Shown here: positions 47,451 through 58,193 of the stretch, in pieces
Numbering within the stretch: the first letter of the stretch is position 1
Layout of the letters: every line of letters begins with the position of its first letter
DNA from: Acidimicrobiia bacterium
Lineage (GTDB): Bacteria > Actinomycetota > Acidimicrobiia > IMCC26256 > JAENVU01
Direction: 5' to 3'
DNA: 64,000 nt
Assembly (NCBI GenBank): GCA_046598395.1
Contig: JBKJIQ010000003.1
Location: forward strand, 40,914 to 104,913
Made by a program: the position numbers and the translations under genes
The notes under the pieces: generated by a model
Told to the model about the DNA's origin: nothing
Database searches by the model: none
What the model saw: the letters and a program-made list of their open reading frames with translations, nothing else

Positions 47451-48716
47451 ATGACGTCCCCGTTCGCGCCGTTCAAACACCGAGTCTTCGCCGCCTTCTG
47501 GACCGGCGCGTTCATATCGAATATCGGGACGTGGATGGAGACCATGGGCATCGGGATCTACGTCACTTCGGCGACCAACAGGTCAGCCTGGACCGGGTTG
47601 GTTGCCGCCGCGGGCTTTCTCCCTGGCGCGATTTTGGGACCGGTTGGCGGCGCACTGGCCGACCGCCTCCCGCGCAAGACGTTGCTGATCACCACGACGT
47701 CGATCCAGACGGCGCTCGCCACCCTGCTGACAGTCCTCGCTGCGACCGGATCGCCCAGCCCCGGGCTCGTCACCCTGATCGTCTTTGCGAGCGGGTGCGC
47801 CCAAGCAATTGGGTTCCCCACCTATCAATCGCTGCTCCCCGATCTCGTGCCGCCGGAGGATCTCGTGGGTGCGGTCGCGCTTTCGACCGCACAGTGGAAT
47901 CTCGGACGTGTCGTCGGACCCGCACTCGCGGTCATCGTCATCGGCGTCGGTGGGTACGCGTGGGCCTTCGGCATCAACGCCTTCAGCTTCCTCGCGGTCA
48001 TTGCGGCGATCATGCTGCTGAAGCTTCCGCCGCCACGACCCCACCACGGTCAAACCATTCGCGCCGCGATCGGCCAGGGAATCGGGTACGTACGCCGCGA
48101 TCCTGGGCTCCGGGTCGTGATGGGATACATGTTCATCAACACGTTCCTCGCTGCTCCGTTCATCGCGCTCGTACCGGCTATGAGCCTCATCGTGCTCGAA
48201 GCCGGAAAGACCGGCACCGGAGTTCTCATTACCGCGCAGGGTGTCGGCGCAGTGGTGATGGCGCTCGGCCTCGCCAACCTCGCGCTTCGCTTTGGCAGCC
48301 GACGCGTCATGCTCACCGCGCTCTGGGTACTCCCACCCGCGATCGCGATCTACGCGGTGATGCCCACCCTTACGCTCTCCGCGATCGCCCTCTTCTTCGT
48401 GGGTCTGATTTACTTCGGCGCCCTGTCGAGCTTCATGAGCATCGCCCAAGTCCGCGCGCCGGCTGAGATCCGCGGCCGAGTCGTGAGCTTGCTCGCAGTG
48501 GTCCTCGGCTCACTCTTCCCGCTGGGTGCGGTGTTGCAAGGCGCGATCGCGGACGAAGTCGGGCTTCGGGAGACGACCGTCGGTTCCGCGGTACTCATGC
48601 TGCTCGCGCTCATCGTCATGAAGCTCAGGAGTCCGCGCTTCGCCGACGCCCTCGACCTTCCACCGACCCCGGTTGCAGTACCGTCGCCCACTTCATCCGA
48701 GCAAGGAGACCCCTGA
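47451..48716 (+). CDS. MFS transporter
   Basis: ISNIGTWM, GALADRLPRK, NLGRVVGPA, RGRVVS; ~12 TMs. Confidence 0.92.
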   Translation: MTSPFAPFKHRVFAAFWTGAFISNIGTWMETMGIGIYVTSATNRSAWTGLVAAAGFLPGAILGPVGGALADRLPRKTLLITTTSIQTALATLLTVLAATGSPSPGLVTLIVFASGCAQAIGFPTYQSLLPDLVPPEDLVGAVALSTAQWNLGRVVGPALAVIVIGVGGYAWAFGINAFSFLAVIAAIMLLKLPPPRPHHGQTIRAAIGQGIGYVRRDPGLRVVMGYMFINTFLAAPFIALVPAMSLIVLEAGKTGTGVLITAQGVGAVVMALGLANLALRFGSRRVMLTALWVLPPAIAIYAVMPTLTLSAIALFFVGLIYFGALSSFMSIAQVRAPAEIRGRVVSLLAVVLGSLFPLGAVLQGAIADEVGLRETTVGSAVLMLLALIVMKLRSPRFADALDLPPTPVAVPSPTSSEQGDP

Positions 48717-49483
48717 TGGCCGCAGTCGAAACCGAACGTCGCGATCGAGTTGGCATCATTCGACTCAACCGGCCCGAGGCCCGCAACGCCGTCAACGGCG
48801 ATCTGGCCAACGGCATCGAGGCCGGGCTCGACGAGTTCGAGGCCGACTCCACCATCCAAGCCGTGGTGCTCACCGGTAACGGACCGGTGTTCTGCGCCGG
48901 CGCCGACCTCAAGCTCGTCGCGGTGGGCAAGGGCGCCGAGATGGCGACGGCGCGCGGAAACTTCGCGGGCATTGTGCGGCGTGATTACTCCAAGCCCCTC
49001 ATCGCCGCCGTGAACGGGCCGGCATTGGCGGGCGGATTCGAGATCATGCTCGCATGCGATCTCGTGGTGGCGGCAGAAGATTCGCGGTTCGGTCTTCCCG
49101 AAGTGAAGCGCGGCCTCTTCGCCGCGGCGGGTGCGTTGGTCCGGCTTCCCAACCGGGTGCCGCTGGCCCTGGCTACGGAGATGGCGATCACCGGCGATCC
49201 CATCGACGCTCCGCGCGCACTCCAGCTTGGTCTGGTCAATCGCGTGGTGCCCGCCGACCAAGTGTTGGACGAGGCGCTCGCCCTCGCGGCCCGCATCGCC
49301 GCCAACGGACCCCTCGCGGTCAAGAACACCTTACGGATGGTGAGAGAAGCCGGCGACCTCGGTGAAGACGCGGCATGGACGCGCAACTTCGAACTCGCCA
49401 TGGAGGTGTTCGCCTCCAAGGACTCCATCGAAGGCGCCACCGCGTTCGCAGAAAAGCGCGAGCCGAAATGGACCGGCACCTGA
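48716..49483 (+). CDS. Enoyl-CoA hydratase/isomerase (crotonase)
   Basis: LNRPEARNA, FCAGADL, AAVNGPALAGGFE, FGLPEV, AFAEKR. Confidence 0.93.
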   Translation: MAAVETERRDRVGIIRLNRPEARNAVNGDLANGIEAGLDEFEADSTIQAVVLTGNGPVFCAGADLKLVAVGKGAEMATARGNFAGIVRRDYSKPLIAAVNGPALAGGFEIMLACDLVVAAEDSRFGLPEVKRGLFAAAGALVRLPNRVPLALATEMAITGDPIDAPRALQLGLVNRVVPADQVLDEALALAARIAANGPLAVKNTLRMVREAGDLGEDAAWTRNFELAMEVFASKDSIEGATAFAEKREPKWTGT

Positions 49484-49560
49484 GTCGGGCCCAGCAGCCG
49501 AGCCGCCGCCGGACGCGAGCCCAACCCAGCGCGGCCGGGTAGGTCCCGTGGCCCGGACCG

Positions 49561-49970
49561 CTAAGGAATGAGTTCGAAGGCGGTGCAATGCAAGGGGCGC
49601 ACGACCGTGAAGTCACGGTGGTTCAAGGTCCCAAGCGTCATCACGTTCAACCGCTCCGCGACCGCGACGATCGTTGCGTCGACGAATCCGAGTCCCAGCG
49701 TCTCGTAGGTCTCGATCAACGACGCTGAGCGTTCCCAGTCCGGGGCGACGGGGTCACAACGGTCAACTCGCCAACCGTAATCAGACGCACGAATGCTGCT
49801 TCCGAACGCGGTCCGAGGTTTCGTTCGATCTGCCACGCGGTCTCGGCCACGACAAGTGACACAACGTGCAGGTTTCCTCGATGCTCCGCGAGCACTTCGG
49901 CGCAGCGTCGATGATCGCGGTCGGTGCTGTCTGCGGCGGCGAGCAACACGCCGGTATCGACCAGAAGCAA
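49561..49970 (-). pseudogene. Frameshifted PIN/VapC toxin gene
   Basis: N-half (LLVDTGVL..VVAE) and C-half (LGFVDA..AVAER..TLNHRDF) lie in different frames, joined near 49755. Confidence 0.85.
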
Positions 49971-50006
49971 GGTCGTTTAGAAGTCGCGGGCGGCCATACC
50001 CGAGGT

Positions 50007-50216
50007 CTACTCCGCTCGGATCTCACGATGTCGTCGGCCAAGATCGCCGCGTCCGGACGCGCCAGACCCGATGAACGCGGCGAGCGGATCGTCAGTCTCT
50101 GCAGGGAGCTGCGCAGCGAACTCAGCGATCACGGTGTCGATCTTGACGCCACGGCGGGCGGCTTCGGCTTCGATGCGGGCAAGCAGCTCGGCATCGAGTT
50201 CGACGGTCACAGACAT
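50007..50216 (-). CDS. RHH-type antitoxin (VapB-like), possibly truncated by a premature TAG
   Basis: MSVTVELDAELLARIEAEAARRG...FIGSGASG..DL; upstream of the PIN pseudogene. Confidence 0.75.
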   Translation of the reverse strand: MSVTVELDAELLARIEAEAARRGVKIDTVIAEFAAQLPAETDDPLAAFIGSGASGRGDLGRRHREIRAE

Positions 50217-50331
50217 GTCCCAAGTGTAGGACCCGTCCGCGGCCATCGGGGCCGTCACGGGGCCCGGCGGGCGCAGACAACTTCGCGTATGGCCTAAGCG
50301 GTTCTCACGAATACGCGATTTCAGAACGCGG

Positions 50332-51258
50332 TTACGCGAGGTCCTCGTGAGCTGAGGTCACGAAATCGACCATGGCGCGCGCGGCGAACGCGGCACCGAT
50401 CATGGCCGCCGCACCAACCCCACCGACGACCCGTGCCGCGGTTTCGTTCAGGAACGCGGCGGGATAAATCATCAGGCCGCACAGTGTTGCGAACAACCAC
50501 AACGCCCACCAGCGGCGAATGACCGATCGCCGCGCGTCGTCGGCCGGCACCATGTCGAGCGCAGCTTGGTAGGGCCACCAGAGGTTGAGGACCGGAATGA
50601 TGAACGACAAGGTTGAGAGCACCGGACCGCGCCGGGCCGGAAGGCGCGACCACCCGGTGGTCGCCGCTCGGTAGAACCAGAGCAAGAACAACACTGCAAC
50701 GCTCACGCCGATCAGGAATGCCAACTGACCGATGTTCCCGGCGGTGCTCACCGGCGGCGAAGTCACGCGAGGATTCGGACCGGTGAGTTCGTCCCAATGC
50801 GCGACGAACCACTTCGATTGCTCAGCCCCGGCGATGAGGCCCGCAGCTTGCGCAAGTCCGCCGAAGATCAGTGCCGGGCGAACCCAGCGGGCCAATGCGC
50901 GCTCACCTTCGAGATCAATCGTGCCGGTGCGAGGTGTGGGCGGCCCGCTGATATGGCCGGTCCACGTGGCGCCATCCCACCAGCGCAGGGCGGCCAGTCC
51001 CCAGGGATCGGGATGCCAACCGGCCGGGATCGTCGGCGGTTCGCCTACCTCCACGCCACCACCGTCGGACTGGCCGACCGGTCCAGGGGGCGCGGGCGGC
51101 GCGGCTCCCGGCTCCGGCGAGGACGCGTAGACCTCGACGGCATCGGTCGAACCGACCACGCGCGTCTGGCGGTTCCAGGCCGCGCCATCGAAATGTCGTT
51201 CGTCGTCAGTTCCCCATGGATCCGGGTACCAACCCGCATCGCGCGTGCCTTCGGCCAC
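50332..51258 (-). CDS. Membrane protein with two DUF2510 motifs and a DUF4328-like domain
   Basis: AGWYPDPWG...FDG..W, PAGWHPDPWG..RWWDG..WT, IPVLNLWWPY. Confidence 0.8.
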   Translation of the reverse strand: MAEGTRDAGWYPDPWGTDDERHFDGAAWNRQTRVVGSTDAVEVYASSPEPGAAPPAPPGPVGQSDGGGVEVGEPPTIPAGWHPDPWGLAALRWWDGATWTGHISGPPTPRTGTIDLEGERALARWVRPALIFGGLAQAAGLIAGAEQSKWFVAHWDELTGPNPRVTSPPVSTAGNIGQLAFLIGVSVAVLFLLWFYRAATTGWSRLPARRGPVLSTLSFIIPVLNLWWPYQAALDMVPADDARRSVIRRWWALWLFATLCGLMIYPAAFLNETAARVVGGVGAAAMIGAAFAARAMVDFVTSAHEDLA

Positions 51259-51343
51259 TCCAACTCCCTCTCGTTGCATGTCATGCTCGCGCACATGCAC
51301 CCGTGCGCAGCACCTGGACCAAACCACAACCCGCACAGCCCTC

Positions 51344-52348
51344 ATGTTCCTCGCTGATCTGTCGACGCCGGCCCTCGTGGTCGACGGTCACATGCTCGAC
51401 CGAAACCTTGCGGTGATGGCCGCAGCGCTCCCGGGCGCTCGGTGCCGGCCGCACGTGAAGGCCCACAAGACCACCGCGCTGGCGCAGCGTCAGGCCGCGG
51501 TTGGCCATCTCGGGTTCACCGCCGCGACCCCTCGCGAAGTGCTCGGCCTCGCCGCGGCAGGTCTGGGCCACGATCTCCTCCTCGCCAACGAGACGCTCGA
51601 CGCGCACCGCATCCGGGCCATGGCGGAATGTGATGGGCGAGTGACCGTTGCCGTCGACTCGATCGAGACCATCGATGCCGCCGCCGCGCACGGAATCAAC
51701 GAGGTCGTGATCGACGTGAACGTCGGGCTGCCGCGGTGCGGTTGTGCACCGGAGGACGCGGGAGCCCTGGCCGATCACGCGCGCGTCCGGCGCCTCGAAG
51801 TGCGTGGCGTCATGGGATACGAAGGCCACGTGTACCTCCACGAGGATCGCGACGCACGCGCAGCCGCCACCAACGCTGCGATGAAACTGCTCCTCGGCGC
51901 GCACGCCGCGGTGGGCGGCGACATCGTTTCCGCGGGCGCCACCGGCACGTACGACCTCAACACCGCGGCGACCGAGATTCAAGCCGGATCGTACGCACTC
52001 ATGGACACCACGTTCGCGCCGATGATTCCCGCCTTCGCCCCCGCGCTGTGGATCGAGGCCACGGTCATCAGCGTGTCGGCCAAGTTCGCGGTCGCAGACT
52101 GCGGGCTGAAGTCGCTCGGCATGGATCACGGCAACCCGTCGATCCATGACGCGAAGACCCTTTTCGTGTCCGACGAGCACGTGACGTTCCAACCCGACCA
52201 CGCGGCGCGCGTCGGTGACCACATCCGAGTGTGGCCTGCGCACGTGGACCCGACGGTCGCCTATCACGAGCGGATGTACGTAGTGAACGACGCTTTGGAT
52301 GCTCCCGAGGTCGTCGACGTCTGGAACGTCGACCTTCGCGGCTGGTGA
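51344..52348 (+). CDS. PLP-dependent fold-III enzyme (D-threonine aldolase/DSD1-like)
   Basis: TPALVVD, RPHVKAHK, RCG, GVMGYEGH, EIQAGSYALMD, D.GLK, SDEH, PAHVDPT. Confidence 0.88.
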   Translation: MFLADLSTPALVVDGHMLDRNLAVMAAALPGARCRPHVKAHKTTALAQRQAAVGHLGFTAATPREVLGLAAAGLGHDLLLANETLDAHRIRAMAECDGRVTVAVDSIETIDAAAAHGINEVVIDVNVGLPRCGCAPEDAGALADHARVRRLEVRGVMGYEGHVYLHEDRDARAAATNAAMKLLLGAHAAVGGDIVSAGATGTYDLNTAATEIQAGSYALMDTTFAPMIPAFAPALWIEATVISVSAKFAVADCGLKSLGMDHGNPSIHDAKTLFVSDEHVTFQPDHAARVGDHIRVWPAHVDPTVAYHERMYVVNDALDAPEVVDVWNVDLRGW

Positions 52349-52404
52349 ATCGCCGCGAAGCAGCAGCCCGAGCACGTTGCACCAGGGTCGCCTAGTTTGG
52401 CCGG

Positions 52405-53862
52405 ATGGCGGAACCCTTCACTGATGCCGTCGCGCTCGCAGACCTCGTTCGGCGCGGCGACGCATCACCCATCGAACTGGTCGACGCTTCGATCGCGCGG
52501 ATCGAGGCTCTGAACCCTGCGCTGAATGCAGTCATCCGGGAGCGCTTTGATCAGGCCCGCATCGAAGCCGCGGCCGCGCCGTCAGATGGGCCGTTCCGTG
52601 GCGTGCCCATCCTGTTCAAGGACCTCGGCTGCGAAGTGGCCGGCGAGCCATTGCACGAGGGAATGCAATACCTCAAGGATGCCGATTACCGACCCGCCCG
52701 CACCGATGTCCTGGCGCAACGGTTCATCGACGCCGGCTTCATCTGCCTCGGTCGCACCAACACACCGGAGATCGGCCTCCTTCCCACGACCGAGCCCGAT
52801 GCGTACGGCGCTACCCACAACCCATGGCAGAACAAGTACACCTCCGGCGGATCAAGCGGTGGATCAGCCGCCGCAGTGGCGAGCGGAATGGTCGCGGTAG
52901 CGCACGCCAACGACGGTGGCGGGTCGATCCGCATTCCGGCATCCGCGTGCGGACTCGTGGGGCTGAAGCCCACGCGCGGCCGGGTGCCGATCAGTGGAAT
53001 CGGGAACGAGATCTCGAGCTTCTTGATCGCCGAAGGCGTGGTCACTCGGACCGTGCGCGACACCGCGGCGATACTCGACGCTCTCAGCGCGGCGCGGCCG
53101 GGAGCACCGACTCAGCCTGCACAGCCAATTCGCGCCTACCGCGATGAGGTTGGCCGCGATCCAGGATCGTTGCGAATCGGGATGCTGACCCATGATCCGA
53201 TCGACATCGCCAATACGCACCCAGAGTGCGTGGACGCCGTCGAATCCACCGCGCGCGTGCTCGAGGGTCTGGGGCATCACGTGGAGCCTTCGTTCCCCGA
53301 AGAATGGTCCCAGTCCGAAGCGATGCGCCGATTCACCGCGGTGTGGGCTGCCGATTGCGCGTACAGCCTCGACCATTGGGCGGCCGAGGTTGGTCGACCG
53401 GTCACCGAGGACGACGTTGAACCGCTCACCTGGACGTTGGCCCAGATAGGGAACCGGGTCACCGGTCCGAAGTTCATCGCGACGATCGCGGAGGCGCTGG
53501 CGGGATCGGCGCGGGCGGCCATCTGGTGGCGCGATCCTGACCATCCACCCCAGTCCGGATTCGATCTCCTGCTGACTCCAACGTTGGGTGAGCCACCCGT
53601 CCCCCACGGAACATTCCCCTCCACGCGTGAACGACCCCTCGACGGGTTCGGGCGCGCGGGCACCTTCGTCCCGTTCACCACCCAAGCCAACGTGTCCGGT
53701 CAACCGGCAATCTCGCTTCCGATGCATTGGACTCCGGGCGGCCTGCCCGTGGGGATCCAACTCGTCGCGGCGTTCGGCCGAGAAGACCTGCTCATCCAAG
53801 TGGCCGCTCAGCTCGAAAGCGCAGCACCGTGGGTCGACCGGACCCCGCCGATCCACGCCTAA
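52405..53862 (+). CDS. Amidase signature family enzyme 1
   Basis: GVPILFKD, GRTNTPE, GGSSGGS, NDGGGSIRIP. Confidence 0.94.
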   Translation: MAEPFTDAVALADLVRRGDASPIELVDASIARIEALNPALNAVIRERFDQARIEAAAAPSDGPFRGVPILFKDLGCEVAGEPLHEGMQYLKDADYRPARTDVLAQRFIDAGFICLGRTNTPEIGLLPTTEPDAYGATHNPWQNKYTSGGSSGGSAAAVASGMVAVAHANDGGGSIRIPASACGLVGLKPTRGRVPISGIGNEISSFLIAEGVVTRTVRDTAAILDALSAARPGAPTQPAQPIRAYRDEVGRDPGSLRIGMLTHDPIDIANTHPECVDAVESTARVLEGLGHHVEPSFPEEWSQSEAMRRFTAVWAADCAYSLDHWAAEVGRPVTEDDVEPLTWTLAQIGNRVTGPKFIATIAEALAGSARAAIWWRDPDHPPQSGFDLLLTPTLGEPPVPHGTFPSTRERPLDGFGRAGTFVPFTTQANVSGQPAISLPMHWTPGGLPVGIQLVAAFGREDLLIQVAAQLESAAPWVDRTPPIHA

Positions 53863-53912
53863 GTGCCACTCCCAGATCGCATCCCAGGATCTCGTTCGAA
53901 CCCGGAGGCCTT

Positions 53913-55361
53913 GTGACCGACCAACCTCTCGCTGCGCTGGATGCCACTGCGCAAGCCGCACTCATTGCCCGCGGCGATGCCACCGCGGCTGAACTGGTGG
54001 ACGCCGCGATTGCGCGCGTCGAGCAGGTCAATCCGGAGCTCAACGCGGTGATCCACCCGCTCTTCGACCGAGCCCGGGCCCGAGCCGCGAAACCCTTGAG
54101 TGGCCCCTTCGCCGGGGTACCGATGGTCATCAAGGATCTCGACGGCGAGCTCGCGGGCGCGCCGCTCCACCTCGGCAACAAGTTGTTGAAAGAAATCGGC
54201 TACATCGCGACCGAGTCGTCCCACCTGTTCGACAAGCTCGAACAGGCGGGCTTCGTGATCATCGGTAAAACCAACACGCCCGAGTTCGGACTCCAGGTCA
54301 CCACCGAACCCCACGCCTACGGCGCCGCGCACAACCCGTGGAATGTCGCCCACAGCACCGGCGGATCAAGCGGGGGATCGGCGGCGGCGGTCGCGAGCGG
54401 CATGGTTGCCGTTGGCCATGCCGGTGACGGTGGCGGATCGATTCGAGTCCCGGCTTCGGGATGCGGACTCGTCGGACTCAAGCCGTCGCGTGCCCGGGTG
54501 TCCGTGGGACCCCAGAACGGCGAAGTGTGGAACGGGCTCGTGGCCCGCGGTGCACTCACTCGAACCGTGCGCGACACCGCGGCGGTCCTCGATGCCATTT
54601 CCGGGGCGATGCCGGGCGACCCGTACACCGCGCCACCCCCGACCCGACCGTTCCTGTCCGAGGTCGGCGCCGACCCAGGGCAGCTGCGCATCGGAATCAA
54701 AACCACTGCTCCGGCCGGGTTATGCGAAGTTGATCCTCAATGCGTCACAGCGGCCATCGACGCCGCCCGCTCACTCGAAGCGCTCGGCCACATCGTGGAG
54801 GAAGCCTCACCGCCCGCCCTCGACGACGGCGAACTGATCGGAATGTTCCTCAACGTGGTGGCGGCCAACACCACGGCCCTCATCGACGAGCTTGCGGAAA
54901 TGGCCGGACGGCCCATCACGCCCGACGATGTGGAGCCCGGAACGTGGGCGCTCGCCGAGGCGGGACGCGCAGTTACCGGTGCCCAGGTGCTCCACGTGAT
55001 GAACGCCGCGCACGCCTGGACCCGAGCGATGTTGTCGTGGTGGCATGACGACGGGTTCGATCTCCTGCTCACTCCGACCCTCGCGGCGCCACCGCCGTTG
55101 CTCGGCGTGCTCAACGACCCCAACGGCGATCCCGCGATGGGGCCCATCCTCCAGACTCCGTACGCCGCGTTCGTGGCCATGTACAACGTGACCGGCCAGC
55201 CCGCGATCTCGATCCCGTTCGCCACGAGCACCGACGCCACCCCGATCGGCATTCAGCTCGTGGCGCGCGCGTACGACGAAGCCACGTTGGTGCGCGTTGC
55301 CAGCCAACTGGAAGCGGCCCATCCGTGGGTGGACCGGCGCCCCGCAATCTTCGCGAACTGA
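53913..55361 (+). CDS. Amidase signature family enzyme 2
   Basis: [32 protein letters not shown]; SD GGAGG before GTG 53913. Confidence 0.94.
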   Translation: MTDQPLAALDATAQAALIARGDATAAELVDAAIARVEQVNPELNAVIHPLFDRARARAAKPLSGPFAGVPMVIKDLDGELAGAPLHLGNKLLKEIGYIATESSHLFDKLEQAGFVIIGKTNTPEFGLQVTTEPHAYGAAHNPWNVAHSTGGSSGGSAAAVASGMVAVGHAGDGGGSIRVPASGCGLVGLKPSRARVSVGPQNGEVWNGLVARGALTRTVRDTAAVLDAISGAMPGDPYTAPPPTRPFLSEVGADPGQLRIGIKTTAPAGLCEVDPQCVTAAIDAARSLEALGHIVEEASPPALDDGELIGMFLNVVAANTTALIDELAEMAGRPITPDDVEPGTWALAEAGRAVTGAQVLHVMNAAHAWTRAMLSWWHDDGFDLLLTPTLAAPPPLLGVLNDPNGDPAMGPILQTPYAAFVAMYNVTGQPAISIPFATSTDATPIGIQLVARAYDEATLVRVASQLEAAHPWVDRRPAIFAN

Positions 55362-55373
55362 GGAGACCCATCG

Positions 55374-56813
55374 ATGTCCGATCCATTCGCGGCGTTGGAC
55401 GCCACCGCCCAGGCCCACCTCGTGCGTGCCGGTGAAGTCTCGCCGGGTGAACTCGTCGACGCGGCAATCGCGCGCATCGAGGCGATCGACCCCACGATCA
55501 ACGCGTTCACCACGACCCGTTTCGACCGGGCTCGTTCCGAAGCCGCGAGCGACCTTCCCGCCGGACCATTTCGCGGCGTGCCCTTCGCGCTCAAAGACCT
55601 CACGTGCACGTTGGCGGGCGAACCGTCCTACGACGGGGTGCGCGTGTTGAAGGAGACCGACTTCCGCGCACCGATCACCACCACCCTCGCGGCGCGCTTT
55701 CAGGCCGCGGGGCTCGTGATCATGGGGCGCACGAGTTCCCCGGAACTCGGCATCATGCCCACCACCGAGCCGCTCTGCTTCCCCCCCACCCGCAACCCGT
55801 GGGACATCACGCGCACACCCGGCGGGTCGAGCGGTGGCTCTGCGGCAGCCGTCGCCGCGGGCATGGTGCCGTTCGCCCACGCATCCGATGGTGGCGGATC
55901 GATTCGCATCCCCGCCGCCTGCTGTGGACTCGTGGGGTTGAAGACGTCGCGCGGACGCACGTCGGTGGGCCCCACGAGTGACGACATCGCTCGGCCGCTG
56001 TCGGTGCAGTTCGCGGTGACGCGTTCGGTGCGGGACGCGGCGGCGTTGCTCGACGCGGTCGCCGGACCCGCGGTCGGCGATCCCATCACGCCCGCCGCCC
56101 CCGCGATGTCGTACCTCGATGCGCTCACCGCGCCGCTTCCGTCGTTGCGGATCGGGATCATGACCACGATTCCCGGCACCGCCGACCTCGCCGATCCCGA
56201 GTGCATCGTCGCGGCCGAAGCCGTGGCACGAGTGCTCGAAGCCGCCGGTCATTCCGTGGAGGTCGCCCATCCGGCGGCGTTCGACGAGACCGAGCGGATG
56301 ACCGCGTTCATCCCCATCTGGTCGGCGATGGCGGCGGCGAACCTCATCGCGATCGGCCGCAAGATCGGACGCGACGTCACCGAAGCCGACGTGGAACCAC
56401 TCACGTGGATGCTCGCCGAGCAGGGACGCACCACGAACGGCGGAGAGTTGATGGACGCGTTCAGCGCAATGGGTGCGTTCACCCGGCGGTTCATGCAGTG
56501 GTGGGACGACGGTTGGGATCTTCTCCTCACCCCCACGCTCGGCGAACTCCCGCCGGAACTCGGGGTGTTACAAACTCCGGAGAAGCCCTTCGTGGGGTTC
56601 GGGCGCGGTGGCACCTTCACCCCGTTCACACCGGTCACGAACCAGACCGGCCAGCCCGCGATTTCCTTGCCCGTAGCGCAGAGCGCAACCGGGCTCCCTG
56701 TTGGCGCCCATCTCATCGCGGCCACCGGCCGCGAGGACCTGCTGCTCCGCGTGGGCGCGTTGATCGAAACCGCGCTGCCATGGGCCGATCGTCGGGCCGG
56801 GGTCCATGCCTGA
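55374..56813 (+). CDS. Amidase signature family enzyme 3
   Basis: GVPFALKD, GRTSSPE, GGSSGGS, SDGGGSIRIP. Confidence 0.94.
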   Translation: MSDPFAALDATAQAHLVRAGEVSPGELVDAAIARIEAIDPTINAFTTTRFDRARSEAASDLPAGPFRGVPFALKDLTCTLAGEPSYDGVRVLKETDFRAPITTTLAARFQAAGLVIMGRTSSPELGIMPTTEPLCFPPTRNPWDITRTPGGSSGGSAAAVAAGMVPFAHASDGGGSIRIPAACCGLVGLKTSRGRTSVGPTSDDIARPLSVQFAVTRSVRDAAALLDAVAGPAVGDPITPAAPAMSYLDALTAPLPSLRIGIMTTIPGTADLADPECIVAAEAVARVLEAAGHSVEVAHPAAFDETERMTAFIPIWSAMAAANLIAIGRKIGRDVTEADVEPLTWMLAEQGRTTNGGELMDAFSAMGAFTRRFMQWWDDGWDLLLTPTLGELPPELGVLQTPEKPFVGFGRGGTFTPFTPVTNQTGQPAISLPVAQSATGLPVGAHLIAATGREDLLLRVGALIETALPWADRRAGVHA

Positions 56814-58191
56814 CGCGTCTCGTCCGGTTCGCCTCGGCGGCGGCCAAGGTTTCTACGGCGACACACCGCGCGCCGTGGAGGGTCTGATCAACGCCGGGGT
56901 CGACTACCTGTGCCTCGAAGCGCTCGCCGAACTCACGCTCGCGATCTTGGCCAAGGACCGGGCGAAAGACGAGTCGCTCGGATACACGCGCGACCTCCCG
57001 CGCTATCTCGGCGCGGCCATGCCGGCGATTCTCGATGGACGGACCAAGGTCATTACCAACGCCGGTGGCATCAACCCCCGCGCCGCAGCGCACGCGGCCG
57101 TGGAGACCGCGAAGCAACTCGGCGTCTCGGGCCTCAAGATCGCCACCGTGCTCGGCGACGATCTCATGGCCCGGCTCCCCGACGTACAAACCGCGACGGC
57201 AACCGGGCTCGCGAACGTGGAGACCGGCGCGGCCTTCCAAACCATGGGTGGCGACGCGTTGTTCTTCTCGGCCTACATCGGCGCGTTCCCGATCGCCGAA
57301 GCGCTCGCGCAAGGTGCCGACATCGTGATCACCGGCCGGGTTGCCGACGCCGCGTTGTTCCTCGGACCGCTGATTTATGAGTTCGGTTGGACTCGCGACG
57401 ATTGGGATCACCTCGCCGCGGGCATCCTCGTGGGCCACCTCTTGGAGTGTTCGGGTCAGGTGGCCGGCGGCAACTTCAGCGGCGAGTGGTGGACCGTCCC
57501 CGAGCCGTGGAAGCTCCCGTACCCCATCGCCGAGGTCACCGCGGACGGCACCGCGGTCATCACCAAGCCGAGCGACTCCGGTGGCCGCGTGGATGTGGAT
57601 ACCGTGCGCCACCAACTCCTCTACGAGGTACATGACCCCGCGGCCTACCTCTCACCGGATGTAGTCGCCGACTTCACCTCGGCCACGATCACCGACCTCG
57701 GCCACGATCGCGTGGAAATCCGCGACGTGCGCGGCCTCCCGGCCACCGAGAGTTACAAGGCGTTGCTGGCCTACCCCGCGGGCTGGGCGGGTGAGACGCG
57801 CATCGCGTTCGCGTGGCCGGACGCGCCAGAGAAGGCCAAGGCACTCACTGCGATCTTCATGCAGCGAGTGGAGTTGGCTGGCCTCGCCGTGGAGGAGTGG
57901 GAAGTGGAGCTGTGGGGCGTGAACGCGCTCGGCGGCGCCACCGTGCCGCCCACGGATGCCGAGCCGCCCGAGGTCGTGGCGCGAGTGGCGTGGCGGTGTG
58001 CCGATCAGAAGACCGCGGCACTCGTGGGACGGGAACTCGTGCCACTCGCGCTCGGCGCACCGCCGGCGGGCATGACCGGAATGGGCCGCGGCATGGGCGG
58101 CAGTGGCAGCGAGCTGCTCGGCATCTGGCCAACCCTGGTGGACAAGACACTGGTTGATCCGGGCATATCCGTGACCGTCGAGGAGATCTGA
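56806..58191 (+). CDS. AtuA-family (DUF1446) protein, N-terminal part
   Basis: GGQGFYGD, DYL..E.LAELT, ITNAGGINP, GDD, TGRVAD, GHLLECSGQV.GGN, QLLYEVHDP. Confidence 0.9.
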   Translation: MPDASRPVRLGGGQGFYGDTPRAVEGLINAGVDYLCLEALAELTLAILAKDRAKDESLGYTRDLPRYLGAAMPAILDGRTKVITNAGGINPRAAAHAAVETAKQLGVSGLKIATVLGDDLMARLPDVQTATATGLANVETGAAFQTMGGDALFFSAYIGAFPIAEALAQGADIVITGRVADAALFLGPLIYEFGWTRDDWDHLAAGILVGHLLECSGQVAGGNFSGEWWTVPEPWKLPYPIAEVTADGTAVITKPSDSGGRVDVDTVRHQLLYEVHDPAAYLSPDVVADFTSATITDLGHDRVEIRDVRGLPATESYKALLAYPAGWAGETRIAFAWPDAPEKAKALTAIFMQRVELAGLAVEEWEVELWGVNALGGATVPPTDAEPPEVVARVAWRCADQKTAALVGRELVPLALGAPPAGMTGMGRGMGGSGSELLGIWPTLVDKTLVDPGISVTVEEI

Positions 58192-58193
58192 CG

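Noticed and set aside
50270-50335. GGCCTAA-containing segment as a possible c-di-GMP-I riboswitch
   Set aside because: Lacks the GGCAAA and GCAAAG elements and the P1 arrangement.
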